Source: Geotalea daltonii FRC-32 | GTDB lineage: Bacteria > Desulfobacterota > Desulfuromonadia > Geobacterales > Geobacteraceae | Assembly: GCF_000022265.1 (NCBI RefSeq) | Contig: NC_011979.1 | Coordinates: 810,001-842,000, forward strand | Length of the DNA: 32,000 nt | Direction: 5' to 3' | Shown: one piece after another, positions 19,057 through 26,253 of the stretch | How positions within the stretch are numbered: position 1 is the first letter of the stretch | Layout: each line of letters starts with the position of its first letter | Notes under the pieces: model-generated | Told to the model about the DNA's origin: nothing | The model's database searches: none | The model's input: the letters and a program-made list of their open reading frames with translations, nothing else | Made by a program: the position numbers and the translations under genes

Positions 19057-20229
19057 TCAATTGGGGCGCCCTGCCTGCAGCATCTGAACAATGCGGGTTG
19101 CACCATCCCCCAGATTATTGCCGATCTGTACATTGAGTCCTGACTGCATCAGGAGCTTTTTACCCTCTTCCACCTTGCTGCCATCCATTCTGACCACTAT
19201 CGGTAACGCGCAGTGTACTTCCGATGCGGCCTCGATGATTCCCTGGGCGATAATGTCGCAGCGCATGATGCCGCCGAAGATATTGACAAACACTCCTTTG
19301 ACGTCTGCGTCCTGAAGGATGATTTTGAAGGCCTCAGTGACCTTCTCCCTGGTTGCGCCGCCCCCCACATCGAGAAAGTTGGCTGGTTCGCCACCCGACT
19401 CCTTGAGTACATCCAGCGTGGCCATGGCCAACCCTGCGCCGTTGACCATGCAACCTATGTTCCCCTGCAATTTTATGTATGAAAGATCGAATTTGCCGGC
19501 GGTAATTTCCAACGGGTCAAGCTGGGAGTAGTCCTGCATGTCGGGATATTCCCGGTGGCGAAACATCGAATTGTCATCGAAATTGACCTTTGCATCCATG
19601 GCCATCAGCCATCCGGCCTTGGTAATGACCAGAGGATTAATCTCTACAAGAAAGCAGTCTCTTTCAGTGCAGCATCGGTAGAGATTGAGGATGAGGTCTA
19701 CGCAATCTTCGCAGATACTGCCCTTGAGCCCCAAGGCAAGGGCTATTTTTCTCGCCTGGTAAGGACGCAGCCCGGTGAAGGGGTCAATGGTGAGGATATG
19801 TATCTTTTCCGGTGATTTTTGTGCAACTTCTTCGATTTCGACCCCTCCTTCGGCGGAAGCGATCAGACAATATCGGGAGGTTTCCCGATCAAGGGTTATG
19901 GAAAGATAGAATTCGCGGGCGATTTCCACGGCTTCTTCGACGAGGATCCTACGCACTTTCAAACCCTGAGGGCCGGTCTGAGGTGTAACCAGCTTTCTGC
20001 CGAAGAGATCCTTTGCCAGTTCCTGTGCCTGTTCGGGATGGTGGACCAATTTGACGCCACCGGCTTTACCCCTGCCTCCGGCATAGATCTGCGCCTTGAC
20101 GATACATCTCCCTCCCATCTCCTTGGCAGCACGTTCCACCTGGTCGGACGTCAGTGCAACCCGTCCACGCGGCACGGCAATGCCAAAGGAACCTAGAATC
20201 TCCTTTGCCTGATATTCATGTATGTTCAC
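19057..20229 (-). CDS. sucC: Succinyl-CoA synthetase beta subunit
   Basis: It has an ATP-grasp N-terminus and the CoA-ligase motif [18 protein letters not shown]. The track start (GTG at 20235, [11 protein letters not shown]) is probably two codons too long. The in-frame GTG at 20229 gives the canonical [11 protein letters not shown]-terminus, with AAAGGGG upstream. Confidence 0.93.
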
Positions 20230-20363
20230 AGACACCCCTTTGAATCAATTGACTTTACGATTATCATAAATCCTGCTGATTGCAAGGCTGAACCGGACAT
20301 TTTGCATATTTCGCATATTTATTCAATTATTCAATTTTATTTAAAAGCTGTTATTATTCATCA

Positions 20364-20392
20364 TTGACACTGCATTATTAGTCTACTATTAT
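20364..20392 (+). promoter_or_regulatory. Near-consensus sigma70 promoter of the cytochrome operon
   Basis: TTGACA (20364-20369), a 17-nt spacer, then TATTAT (20387-20392), about 38 nt upstream of the ATG at 20430. Confidence 0.5.
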
Positions 20393-20429
20393 TTATCCCT
20401 ACTATTGAAGGCGGTACGGGGGGCGCACC

Positions 20430-21227
20430 ATGAAAAAGGTTTTCATTGTCACATTACTGTTCGTTGCCATGGCGGGGCTAGCTTTTGCCCAGGTAGGGGT
20501 GAAGAAGAAGAGGCAACCTCCCTATGAATACGGAAAAGTGGTGATGAACAACTACTCCGAGAAGGTAGGGCTGAAATCAGTGCAATTCGACCACTGGATA
20601 CACAGGAGTAAGTTCACCTGCCGACTTTGTCATATGGATGTAGGCTTCTCCATGAAGGCGGGGGAAACCCAGCTGAAAGCCGCTGACAACATGCGCGGTT
20701 ACTTTTGTGGCACATGTCATAACGGCAAGATGGTCTATGGCGAGAGGGTCGTTTTCAAGGCCTGCTCAAAGGAGTTTTCAAAAGAAGAGGTTAAAACCTG
20801 TGAACGATGCCACCAGACCGGCTCGAACATGAAAAAGGAAGCAGAGTTTGAGAAGTTTGCCGAAAAAATGCCAAAGGAACGCTACGGAAATGGAATAAAC
20901 TGGGAACAGGCGGAACAGCTGGGATTGATAAAACCAGTGGATTTTATCGAGGGGGTATCCATCAAAAAAGCACCCCTTGCCACACAAAAGGACTTTGCCT
21001 TAGGTTCAAAAATAGAAGGTATACCAGATATTATTTTTTCACACAAAAAACACACCATCTGGAATGGTTGTGAGGTCTGCCATCCGGAGATTTTCATCGG
21101 CATGAAGAAGGGTGCCGATAAATACACGATGGTCGATTTGTTTCAGGGCAAGTATTGTGGAGTCTGTCACGATACGGTAGCTTTTCCCCAGACAGATTGC
21201 CAGCGATGTCACGCCAAGCCCGTATGA
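20430..21227 (+). CDS. Periplasmic hexahaem c-type cytochrome built from two c7(PpcA)-like trihaem domains
   Basis: The signal peptide is MKKVFIVTLLFVAMAGLAFA. There are six CxxCH motifs: CRLCH, CGTCH, CERCH, CEVCH, CGVCH and CQRCH. Each half begins with an HxxH distal-ligand motif (FDHWIH and FSHKKH), as in PpcA (FPHKAH). Confidence 0.9.
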   Translation: MKKVFIVTLLFVAMAGLAFAQVGVKKKRQPPYEYGKVVMNNYSEKVGLKSVQFDHWIHRSKFTCRLCHMDVGFSMKAGETQLKAADNMRGYFCGTCHNGKMVYGERVVFKACSKEFSKEEVKTCERCHQTGSNMKKEAEFEKFAEKMPKERYGNGINWEQAEQLGLIKPVDFIEGVSIKKAPLATQKDFALGSKIEGIPDIIFSHKKHTIWNGCEVCHPEIFIGMKKGADKYTMVDLFQGKYCGVCHDTVAFPQTDCQRCHAKPV

Positions 21228-21979
21228 AAAATTTCATCGGGTTGTTAATTATTTTGTTGCTGGGGCTGTGGATTTCGGCAGTAGAGGCGGCATTCTTCAA
21301 TCTGCCGCAACTTCCCCCTGCCGAGGAATATGGCAATATCCTCATCAACCGTGCATCCGTAGCGAACAACGTCAAATCGGTGAGTTTCTCCCATTGGCAA
21401 CACAGGCTCAAGTATACGTGCCGGGTCTGCCACTCCGAACTTGGCTTCAACATGAAAACCAACACTACGGAGATCACCGAACTTGCCAACAGGAAAGGTA
21501 AATACTGCGGCGCCTGCCATAACGGAAAGATCGCTTTCAGGCATAACGGCAACTGCGATAAGTGCCACAATGGCAACATTGCCTATGCGCAGGGGAAGTT
21601 CGATGTCTTCTCCAAGTTCCCCTTTGCCCGTACTTCATATGGCGATGGCATAAACTGGGTGGAGTCCCTCTCACAGGGTACCCTCTCTCCTGCCAAGTAC
21701 GTCAAGACCAAATCCCAGGATATTTCGTTCGACAAGATGCTGGTTCTTGATTCGGAAATGAGCATTATTCCGCCATCCATATTTCCCCACAAGGCCCACA
21801 CCGCTTGGCTTGATTGCGATAGCTGCCATCCGGAAATATTCAACATCAAGAAGAAAACAACCAAATTTTTTTCCATGTCTTACATCCTAAGAGGTGAATT
21901 CTGCGGCGTATGCCACCTCACTGTGGCATTCCCCATGGACGACTGCAGAAGATGTCACCCCGGAATGAGGGAAGGTTAA
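21224..21979 (+). CDS. Second hexahaem c7-type cytochrome, a paralogue of the preceding gene
   Basis: The ATG at 21224 overlaps the upstream TGA (ATGA). The signal peptide is MKNFIGLLIILLLGLWISAVEA. There are six CxxCH motifs: CRVCH, CGACH, CDKCH, CDSCH, CGVCH and CRRCH. It has FSHWQH and FPHKAH motifs, and the shared linker motif YG(N/D)GINW. The 5' extension of the track ORF (21155) is rejected because it overlaps the first cytochrome. Confidence 0.9.
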   Translation: MKNFIGLLIILLLGLWISAVEAAFFNLPQLPPAEEYGNILINRASVANNVKSVSFSHWQHRLKYTCRVCHSELGFNMKTNTTEITELANRKGKYCGACHNGKIAFRHNGNCDKCHNGNIAYAQGKFDVFSKFPFARTSYGDGINWVESLSQGTLSPAKYVKTKSQDISFDKMLVLDSEMSIIPPSIFPHKAHTAWLDCDSCHPEIFNIKKKTTKFFSMSYILRGEFCGVCHLTVAFPMDDCRRCHPGMREG

Positions 21980-22300
21980 ATGGCTAAAATATCAGCAGGT
22001 CTTTTGATAATCTTTCTTATGTTCCTCTCAATTACAGCTGATTTGAATGGCGGTCTGACTACGGCTGCTTTTGGAGAAGAGGCATGGAAAGAGAAGCTCA
22101 TGGGGCTATGCGCCAAAACGGATGTAGCCATGACTCTGTCATCCCAGGAGTTGAAGGAGCTGATTGCAGGCTGTGAGAAGTTGCAGCCGATAATCGATGG
22201 CCTTGAAGAAAGTCCACGAAAAGTCTACGGTAAGCGCCTTAAGATGTGCAGAGATCTCTTTGTCTACGTACTTGAAGCCAAAGGGAGGGATGCGAAATAA
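21980..22300 (+). CDS. Small secreted protein of unknown function, third gene of the cytochrome operon
   Basis: 106 aa. Its ATG directly abuts the TAA of the upstream gene, and GAGGGAAGG serves as SD. It has an N-terminal signal/anchor (LLIIFLMFLSITA), a helical body with three Cys and no haem motif. A terminator follows. Confidence 0.6.
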   Translation: MAKISAGLLIIFLMFLSITADLNGGLTTAAFGEEAWKEKLMGLCAKTDVAMTLSSQELKELIAGCEKLQPIIDGLEESPRKVYGKRLKMCRDLFVYVLEAKGRDAK

Positions 22301-22332
22301 CCTGCCCGGAATGAAAATAGGGGCAATGCGAA

Positions 22333-22362
22333 GGGGGATGAAAATTATCCCCCTTTCTTTAT
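22333..22362 (+). terminator. Rho-independent terminator of the cytochrome operon
   Basis: GGGGGAT-gaaaatt-ATCCCCC followed by TTTCTTTAT. Confidence 0.8.
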
Positions 22363-22443
22363 GGCTGCTTTTAAGGTAATGGTATTGGGTGAAAGGCTTG
22401 CCATACGGCCGGCCTTACCTGTCTGAGCAGGAGCTATAGCATA

Positions 22444-23571
22444 ATGGAACAACGCTTTTTTGCCACTACTGCCAAAGGTTTGGAAGAAGCCCTTGGCGAC
22501 GAACTGAAGACCCTGGGGATAAAGGGCATACACGTGCAGACCGGGGGGGTAGGTTTCTCCGGGGAAATGTCTGACTGTTACCGGGCGAACCTCTGGCTGA
22601 GAACTGCAAACAGGGTATTGATGGTTGTCGCCGAGTTTGTCTGCGATTCTCCACAGAGCCTGTATGACGGAGTGCGGGCGGTATCCTGGAACAATTTCCT
22701 CAACCCGAGAATGACCATCGCCGTTGACTGCAACCTGCGAGATTCCACGTTGACCCATTCCGGCTTTGTGGCCCTCAAGGCTAAGGATGCAATAGTCGAT
22801 GAGATTCGCGATCATTGCGGAAGCCGTCCTGATGTGGATGTGAAAAACCCGGACCTGCGGGTGAATATTCACCTCTTCCGTAATCACTGCACAGTGAGTC
22901 TGGATACTTCCGGTGACCCTCTGGACAGGCGTGGTTACAGGTTGGAGAGAACAGTGGCGCCCCTACGGGAGACTCTGGCTGCCGGGCTTCTGGAACTGAG
23001 TGGCTGGGATGGAAATACTATCCTGGTTGATCCCATGTGCGGCTCTGGAACCATTCCCATTGAGGCTGCTTTAAAAGCGAGCCGGTGTGCGCCGGGGCTC
23101 CTGAGGGAAGGATTCGGCTTTCAGCGCTGGCCGGGATTCGAACAGCATAAATGGAAGGAGCTGGTGCGGGGGGCGCGGCAGGTGGTCGAGGAAAAGATTT
23201 CAGCGCCGATAATAGGCAGCGATATTTCAGCCAAGGCTATTGCGGTTGCCTGCAGTAATGCCATCAGAGCCGACGTGGGAGACATGATCCAGTTCCAGAA
23301 CACTGACATAAGGTCTCTTGCTCCTCCATCCGGTCCGGGGGTAATTTTGTTTAATCCTCCATATGGGCAGAGGCTTGGCGAGGAGGAGGAGCTGAAGGTT
23401 TTGTACAAGGAGATTGGCGATACCATGAAGCAACGCTGCAAAGGATATGTGGCGCATCTATTCACGGGCAATCTGGAACTGGCTAAATATGTTGGGTTAA
23501 AAGCTTCGAGGCGGGTGGTTCTATTCAATGGCCCGATTGAATGCAGGCTTTTAAAATATGAACTCTATTGA
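22444..23571 (+). CDS. THUMP-domain class I SAM-dependent RNA methyltransferase (COG0116, RlmL N-terminal-half-like)
   Basis: 375 aa. The N-terminal THUMP-type region (FATTAKGLEEALGDELK...) is followed by the SAM-binding motif DPMCGSGTIPIEA and the catalytic motif LFNPPYGQRLG. Confidence 0.8.
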   Translation: MEQRFFATTAKGLEEALGDELKTLGIKGIHVQTGGVGFSGEMSDCYRANLWLRTANRVLMVVAEFVCDSPQSLYDGVRAVSWNNFLNPRMTIAVDCNLRDSTLTHSGFVALKAKDAIVDEIRDHCGSRPDVDVKNPDLRVNIHLFRNHCTVSLDTSGDPLDRRGYRLERTVAPLRETLAAGLLELSGWDGNTILVDPMCGSGTIPIEAALKASRCAPGLLREGFGFQRWPGFEQHKWKELVRGARQVVEEKISAPIIGSDISAKAIAVACSNAIRADVGDMIQFQNTDIRSLAPPSGPGVILFNPPYGQRLGEEEELKVLYKEIGDTMKQRCKGYVAHLFTGNLELAKYVGLKASRRVVLFNGPIECRLLKYELY

Positions 23572-23610
23572 GGAAAATATGTAACTTGTTGGAGGAAAAC
23601 CAAAAAATTC

Positions 23611-23639
23611 TTGACACCGTTTCAGCTGTATCATATTAT
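23611..23639 (+). promoter_or_regulatory. Near-consensus sigma70 promoter for the tRNA gene, with an A-rich upstream tract
   Basis: TTGACA (23611-23616), a 17-nt spacer, then TATTAT (23634-23639). AAAACCAAAAAATT immediately upstream is UP-element-like. The predicted 5' leader of the tRNA is only about 9 nt. Confidence 0.6.
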
Positions 23640-23654
23640 TAATCTTCGCTTTGC

Positions 23655-23731
23655 GGGCCTATAGCTCAGTTGGCTAGAGCTACCGGCTCATAACCGGTCG
23701 GTCCCAGGTTCGAGTCCTGGTGGGCCCACCA
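23655..23731 (+). tRNA. tRNA with CAT anticodon. It is not an initiator; it is either elongator tRNA-Met or, more likely, tRNA-Ile2 (lysidine-modified). CCA is encoded.
   Basis: Manual cloverleaf:
- acceptor stem GGGCCTA/TGGGCCC
- D arm GCTC-AGTTGGCTA-GAGC
- anticodon arm ACCGG-CTCATAA-CCGGT
- variable loop CGGTC
- T arm CCAGG-TTCGAGT-CCTGG
- discriminator A followed by CCA

The 1:72 pair is G:C, so it is not an initiator. Confidence 0.95.
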
Positions 23732-23807
23732 TCTAAAAAATAGGATGATGTGGGGATGCCCTTAAAGCACCTAGTCAGAAGAAGGCATAATCAATATGTA
23801 AAGAAAA

Positions 23808-23843
23808 AGAGTGCACACCAAAAGGTTGCACTCTTTTTCTTTT
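23808..23843 (+). terminator. Rho-independent terminator after the tRNA
   Basis: AGAGTGCA-(11 nt loop)-TGCACTCT followed by TTTTCTTTT. Confidence 0.75.
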
Positions 23844-23850
23844 GAGAGCG

Positions 23851-24969
23851 ATGAAAACTCCACGAGTTTCAGACATAGTTGGAATCATTAATAAAATTGC
23901 CCCCTTCAGTTATGCTGAGGATTGGGATAATGTAGGACTTCAGACGGGAGACCCTGCTTCGACAGTAGAGAAAATCATGGTGGCCCTTGATCCAAGCCGA
24001 GGAGCAGTAGATGCTGCGGTGGCTGCCCATAGCCAGCTTCTGCTTACCCACCACCCCTTGTTTTTCGCACCCATCAAGAAGATTGCCCTTAATGACCCCA
24101 CCGGCTCTATTGTCTCACTTTCCCTGAAAAACAACCTGTCGATCATCTCTTTGCATACAAATTACGATATTGCCCAAGGCGGTCTGAATGACCTGCTGGC
24201 CATGCGTCTTGAAATGACTTGTTGCGAACCGCTGAAGGTCGCAGGAGCAGAGGAATTGGTTAAACTGAGCGTTTTCGTGCCCCGGGACCACGAGACGCAG
24301 GTGCTTGATTCTCTGTTCAAGTTTGGTGTCAGCCTCGGCAATTACCGTGACTGTACTTTTCGTGCCCACGGGATGGGGACATTTACTCCACTGGAAGGCG
24401 CTCAGCCTTTTCTCGGCCGTATCGGAACCCGTGAACAGGCTGAAGAGACCCGAATTGAGGTGCTTGTCAGCAAAGAGAATATACCTGCGGCCGTGAGCGC
24501 AATGGTGTCTGCACACCCTTACGAAGAGCCTGCCTATGATCTTTACCCTCTCCTCAACAGGGGTAAAACCCGTGGACTGGGCCGGATCGGCGTTCTTGAA
24601 GAGACTGTTTCATTGGGGGACTTTGCCGCCATGGTGAAGCATAAGTTGGCAGCTGCCGGCATCCGCTATGTGGGGGATTCCGGACGCCAGGTGAAAAAGG
24701 TTGCCGTTTGTGGCGGAAGCGGAGCATTCTTATTCAAGGCTGCGTTGCGCCAGGGGGCGGATGTGCTGGTTACCGGCGATATAAAGTACCATGAGGCCCG
24801 AGAGGCCGAAGCTCTGGGCTTGGGCCTGATAGATGCCGGTCATTTTGCTACGGAAGTCCTCATGGTTGACGGCATAACCGAGCGAATAAGTGATGCATTG
24901 AGAATAAAAGGCTACGGGTCTGAAGTTGTTGCTTACAAAGGGGAGACGGATCCATTTACATTTGCTTGA
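23851..24969 (+). CDS. Nif3-like dinuclear metal centre protein (YqfO/YbgI family, long form with an inserted PII-like domain)
   Basis: It contains WDNVGLQTGDP...LLLTHHPLFF...SLHTNYD at the N-terminus and VAVCGGSG...TGDIKYHEAREAEALGLGLIDAGHFATE at the C-terminus. At about 372 aa it matches the insert-containing form. The ATG at 23851 is preferred over the track's TTG at 23842, which lies inside the terminator T-tract. Confidence 0.9.
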   Translation: MKTPRVSDIVGIINKIAPFSYAEDWDNVGLQTGDPASTVEKIMVALDPSRGAVDAAVAAHSQLLLTHHPLFFAPIKKIALNDPTGSIVSLSLKNNLSIISLHTNYDIAQGGLNDLLAMRLEMTCCEPLKVAGAEELVKLSVFVPRDHETQVLDSLFKFGVSLGNYRDCTFRAHGMGTFTPLEGAQPFLGRIGTREQAEETRIEVLVSKENIPAAVSAMVSAHPYEEPAYDLYPLLNRGKTRGLGRIGVLEETVSLGDFAAMVKHKLAAAGIRYVGDSGRQVKKVAVCGGSGAFLFKAALRQGADVLVTGDIKYHEAREAEALGLGLIDAGHFATEVLMVDGITERISDALRIKGYGSEVVAYKGETDPFTFA

Positions 24970-24998
24970 TCTCTTCTGGTGTTAGAAAATAAAAGGTA

Positions 24999-25733
24999 AT
25001 GGGGAGGCAGATTTTGCGGAAGAATTTGAAATTGTTGGGAGAGTTGCAGGGGATTGATCTTAAAATTGATGTACTGCATGGAGAGAAAGATGCCCTCCTT
25101 GGGGAAATAGCCGCTCTGGAAGACAATGTTACCATTGCTCGCAATGCAATCGATGAGAAAAACGGTCAAGCTGAAGAGTTGGAGACAGCTAAGAAGAGTC
25201 TGGAAGAGAATCTGGCTACGGAAGCCGAAAATATTGTCAGGTCTGAAGCGCGTTTAAAGGAAATAAAAACCCAGAAGGAATATCAAGCAGTTTCCAAGGA
25301 AATCTCCAGCGCCAAAAAGCTCACTTCCGAACTGGAAGAGCAGATTTTGCAGAAAACTGCTCAACTCGAAGAATTGCAGGCACAGATAGCAGAGAAAGAG
25401 GAGAATCTCAAATCGTTGGAAGCAAATATATCTGCACAGCAGGGCGAGGTGCAGTCAAAGGTGGATAAGCTGGAATCGGATATTGCCATCGGCATAGCAG
25501 CAAAAGACGCAACGGTAAAAAGCCTCCCTGCTTCCATGGTGAAGCGGTACCAAAAACTGAGAGATCAACGTAAGGGGATTGCTGTCGTTGAAGCCAAGGA
25601 TGGTTGCTGTCTTGGCTGCAATATGAACCTGCCTCCCCAGGTATACAACCTGCTGTTTCGCGGCGAGGAAATCATTACCTGTCCCCACTGCCAGAGAGTT
25701 TTACTTCTTCATCAGGAACCGAATAACAACTAA
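24999..25733 (+). CDS. Coiled-coil protein with C-terminal C4 zinc ribbon (COG1579/DUF164 family)
   Basis: A coiled coil of about 190 aa is followed by CCLGCNMNLPPQ...ITCPHCQRVL. An alternative in-frame TTG start at 25014 has a better SD (GGGGAGG, 6 nt upstream) than the ATG at 24999. Confidence 0.8.
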   Translation: MGRQILRKNLKLLGELQGIDLKIDVLHGEKDALLGEIAALEDNVTIARNAIDEKNGQAEELETAKKSLEENLATEAENIVRSEARLKEIKTQKEYQAVSKEISSAKKLTSELEEQILQKTAQLEELQAQIAEKEENLKSLEANISAQQGEVQSKVDKLESDIAIGIAAKDATVKSLPASMVKRYQKLRDQRKGIAVVEAKDGCCLGCNMNLPPQVYNLLFRGEEIITCPHCQRVLLLHQEPNNN

Positions 25734-25751
25734 TAAACGCAGTTTGATTTT

Positions 25752-26130
25752 GGCCGAAGCAGACCAGGTGGTCGCCGCCCGCAAGGGGGGAGGAAAGTCC
25801 GGGCTCCACAGGGCATGACGCTGGATAACGTCCAGCGGGGGCAACCCCAGGGAAAGTGCCACAGAGAGAAGTCCGCCTGTCGGAAGCGTGCGAAGACAGG
25901 TAAGGGTGAAAGGGTGAGGTAAGAGCTCACCGGATCCGGCGGTGACGTCGGATGCCAGGTAAACCCCGTCAGGAGCAAGACCAAATAGGGAAGCGTCAAG
26001 GACGGCCCGTCCGTGCTTCCGGGTTGGTTGCTTGAGGCCGTCGGTAACGACGGTCCTAGATGAATGGCCGCCGCCTGCTTCAGGGAAACCTGTTGCAGGA
26101 ACAGAACCCGGCTTATGGGCTGCTTCGGCC
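25752..26130 (+). ncRNA. rnpB: RNase P RNA, bacterial type A
   Basis: It aligns by eye with E. coli M1 RNA across these conserved blocks:
- GAAGCAGACCAGGTGGTCGCCGCC
- GGGAGGAAAGTCCGGGCTCCACAGGGCA
- GGTAAGGGTGAAAGGGTGAGGTAAGAGCTCACC
- AGCAAGACCAAATAGGG
- CCTAGATGAATGGCCGCC
- ACAGAACCCGGCTTATGGGCTGCTTCGGCC

The P1 helix pairs GGCCGAAGCAG (25752-25762) with CTGCTTCGGCC (26120-26130). Confidence 0.97.
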
Positions 26131-26162
26131 AAATATTCAGCTTAACATCAGGGGTAACGGTC

Positions 26163-26199
26163 AATGGTCATGGGTTGTGCGAATGACCATTTTCTTTAT
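26163..26199 (+). terminator. Rho-independent terminator of rnpB
   Basis: AATGGTCAT-(11 nt loop)-ATGACCATT forms a 9-bp stem and is followed by TTCTTTAT. Confidence 0.65.
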
Positions 26200-26253
26200 G
26201 GAGAGTTCTCATTGCAGGAAGAGGCGGCATGCGCTGAAGATGCTGACAATACC

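Noticed and set aside
21155-21223. An upstream extension of the second cytochrome ORF (track start 21155).
   Set aside because: The extension overlaps the 3' end of the first cytochrome in another frame and lacks a signal peptide. The ATG at 21224 gives a canonical signal peptide and an ATGA stop/start overlap.
23655-23850. The tRNA gene as an integration site for a genomic island, with the XerC-like recombinase as an integrase.
   Set aside because: No direct repeat of the tRNA 3' end is visible elsewhere in the window. The flanking genes are housekeeping genes. The recombinase at 9539-10423 has canonical XerC/XerD features and lies 13 kb away.
25701-26164. Two minus-strand ORFs (143 and 144 aa) covering 25701-26164.
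   Set aside because: The region is the RNase P RNA gene on the plus strand, with a clear match to all conserved M1 RNA blocks. The ORFs are artefacts of a GC-rich structured RNA.
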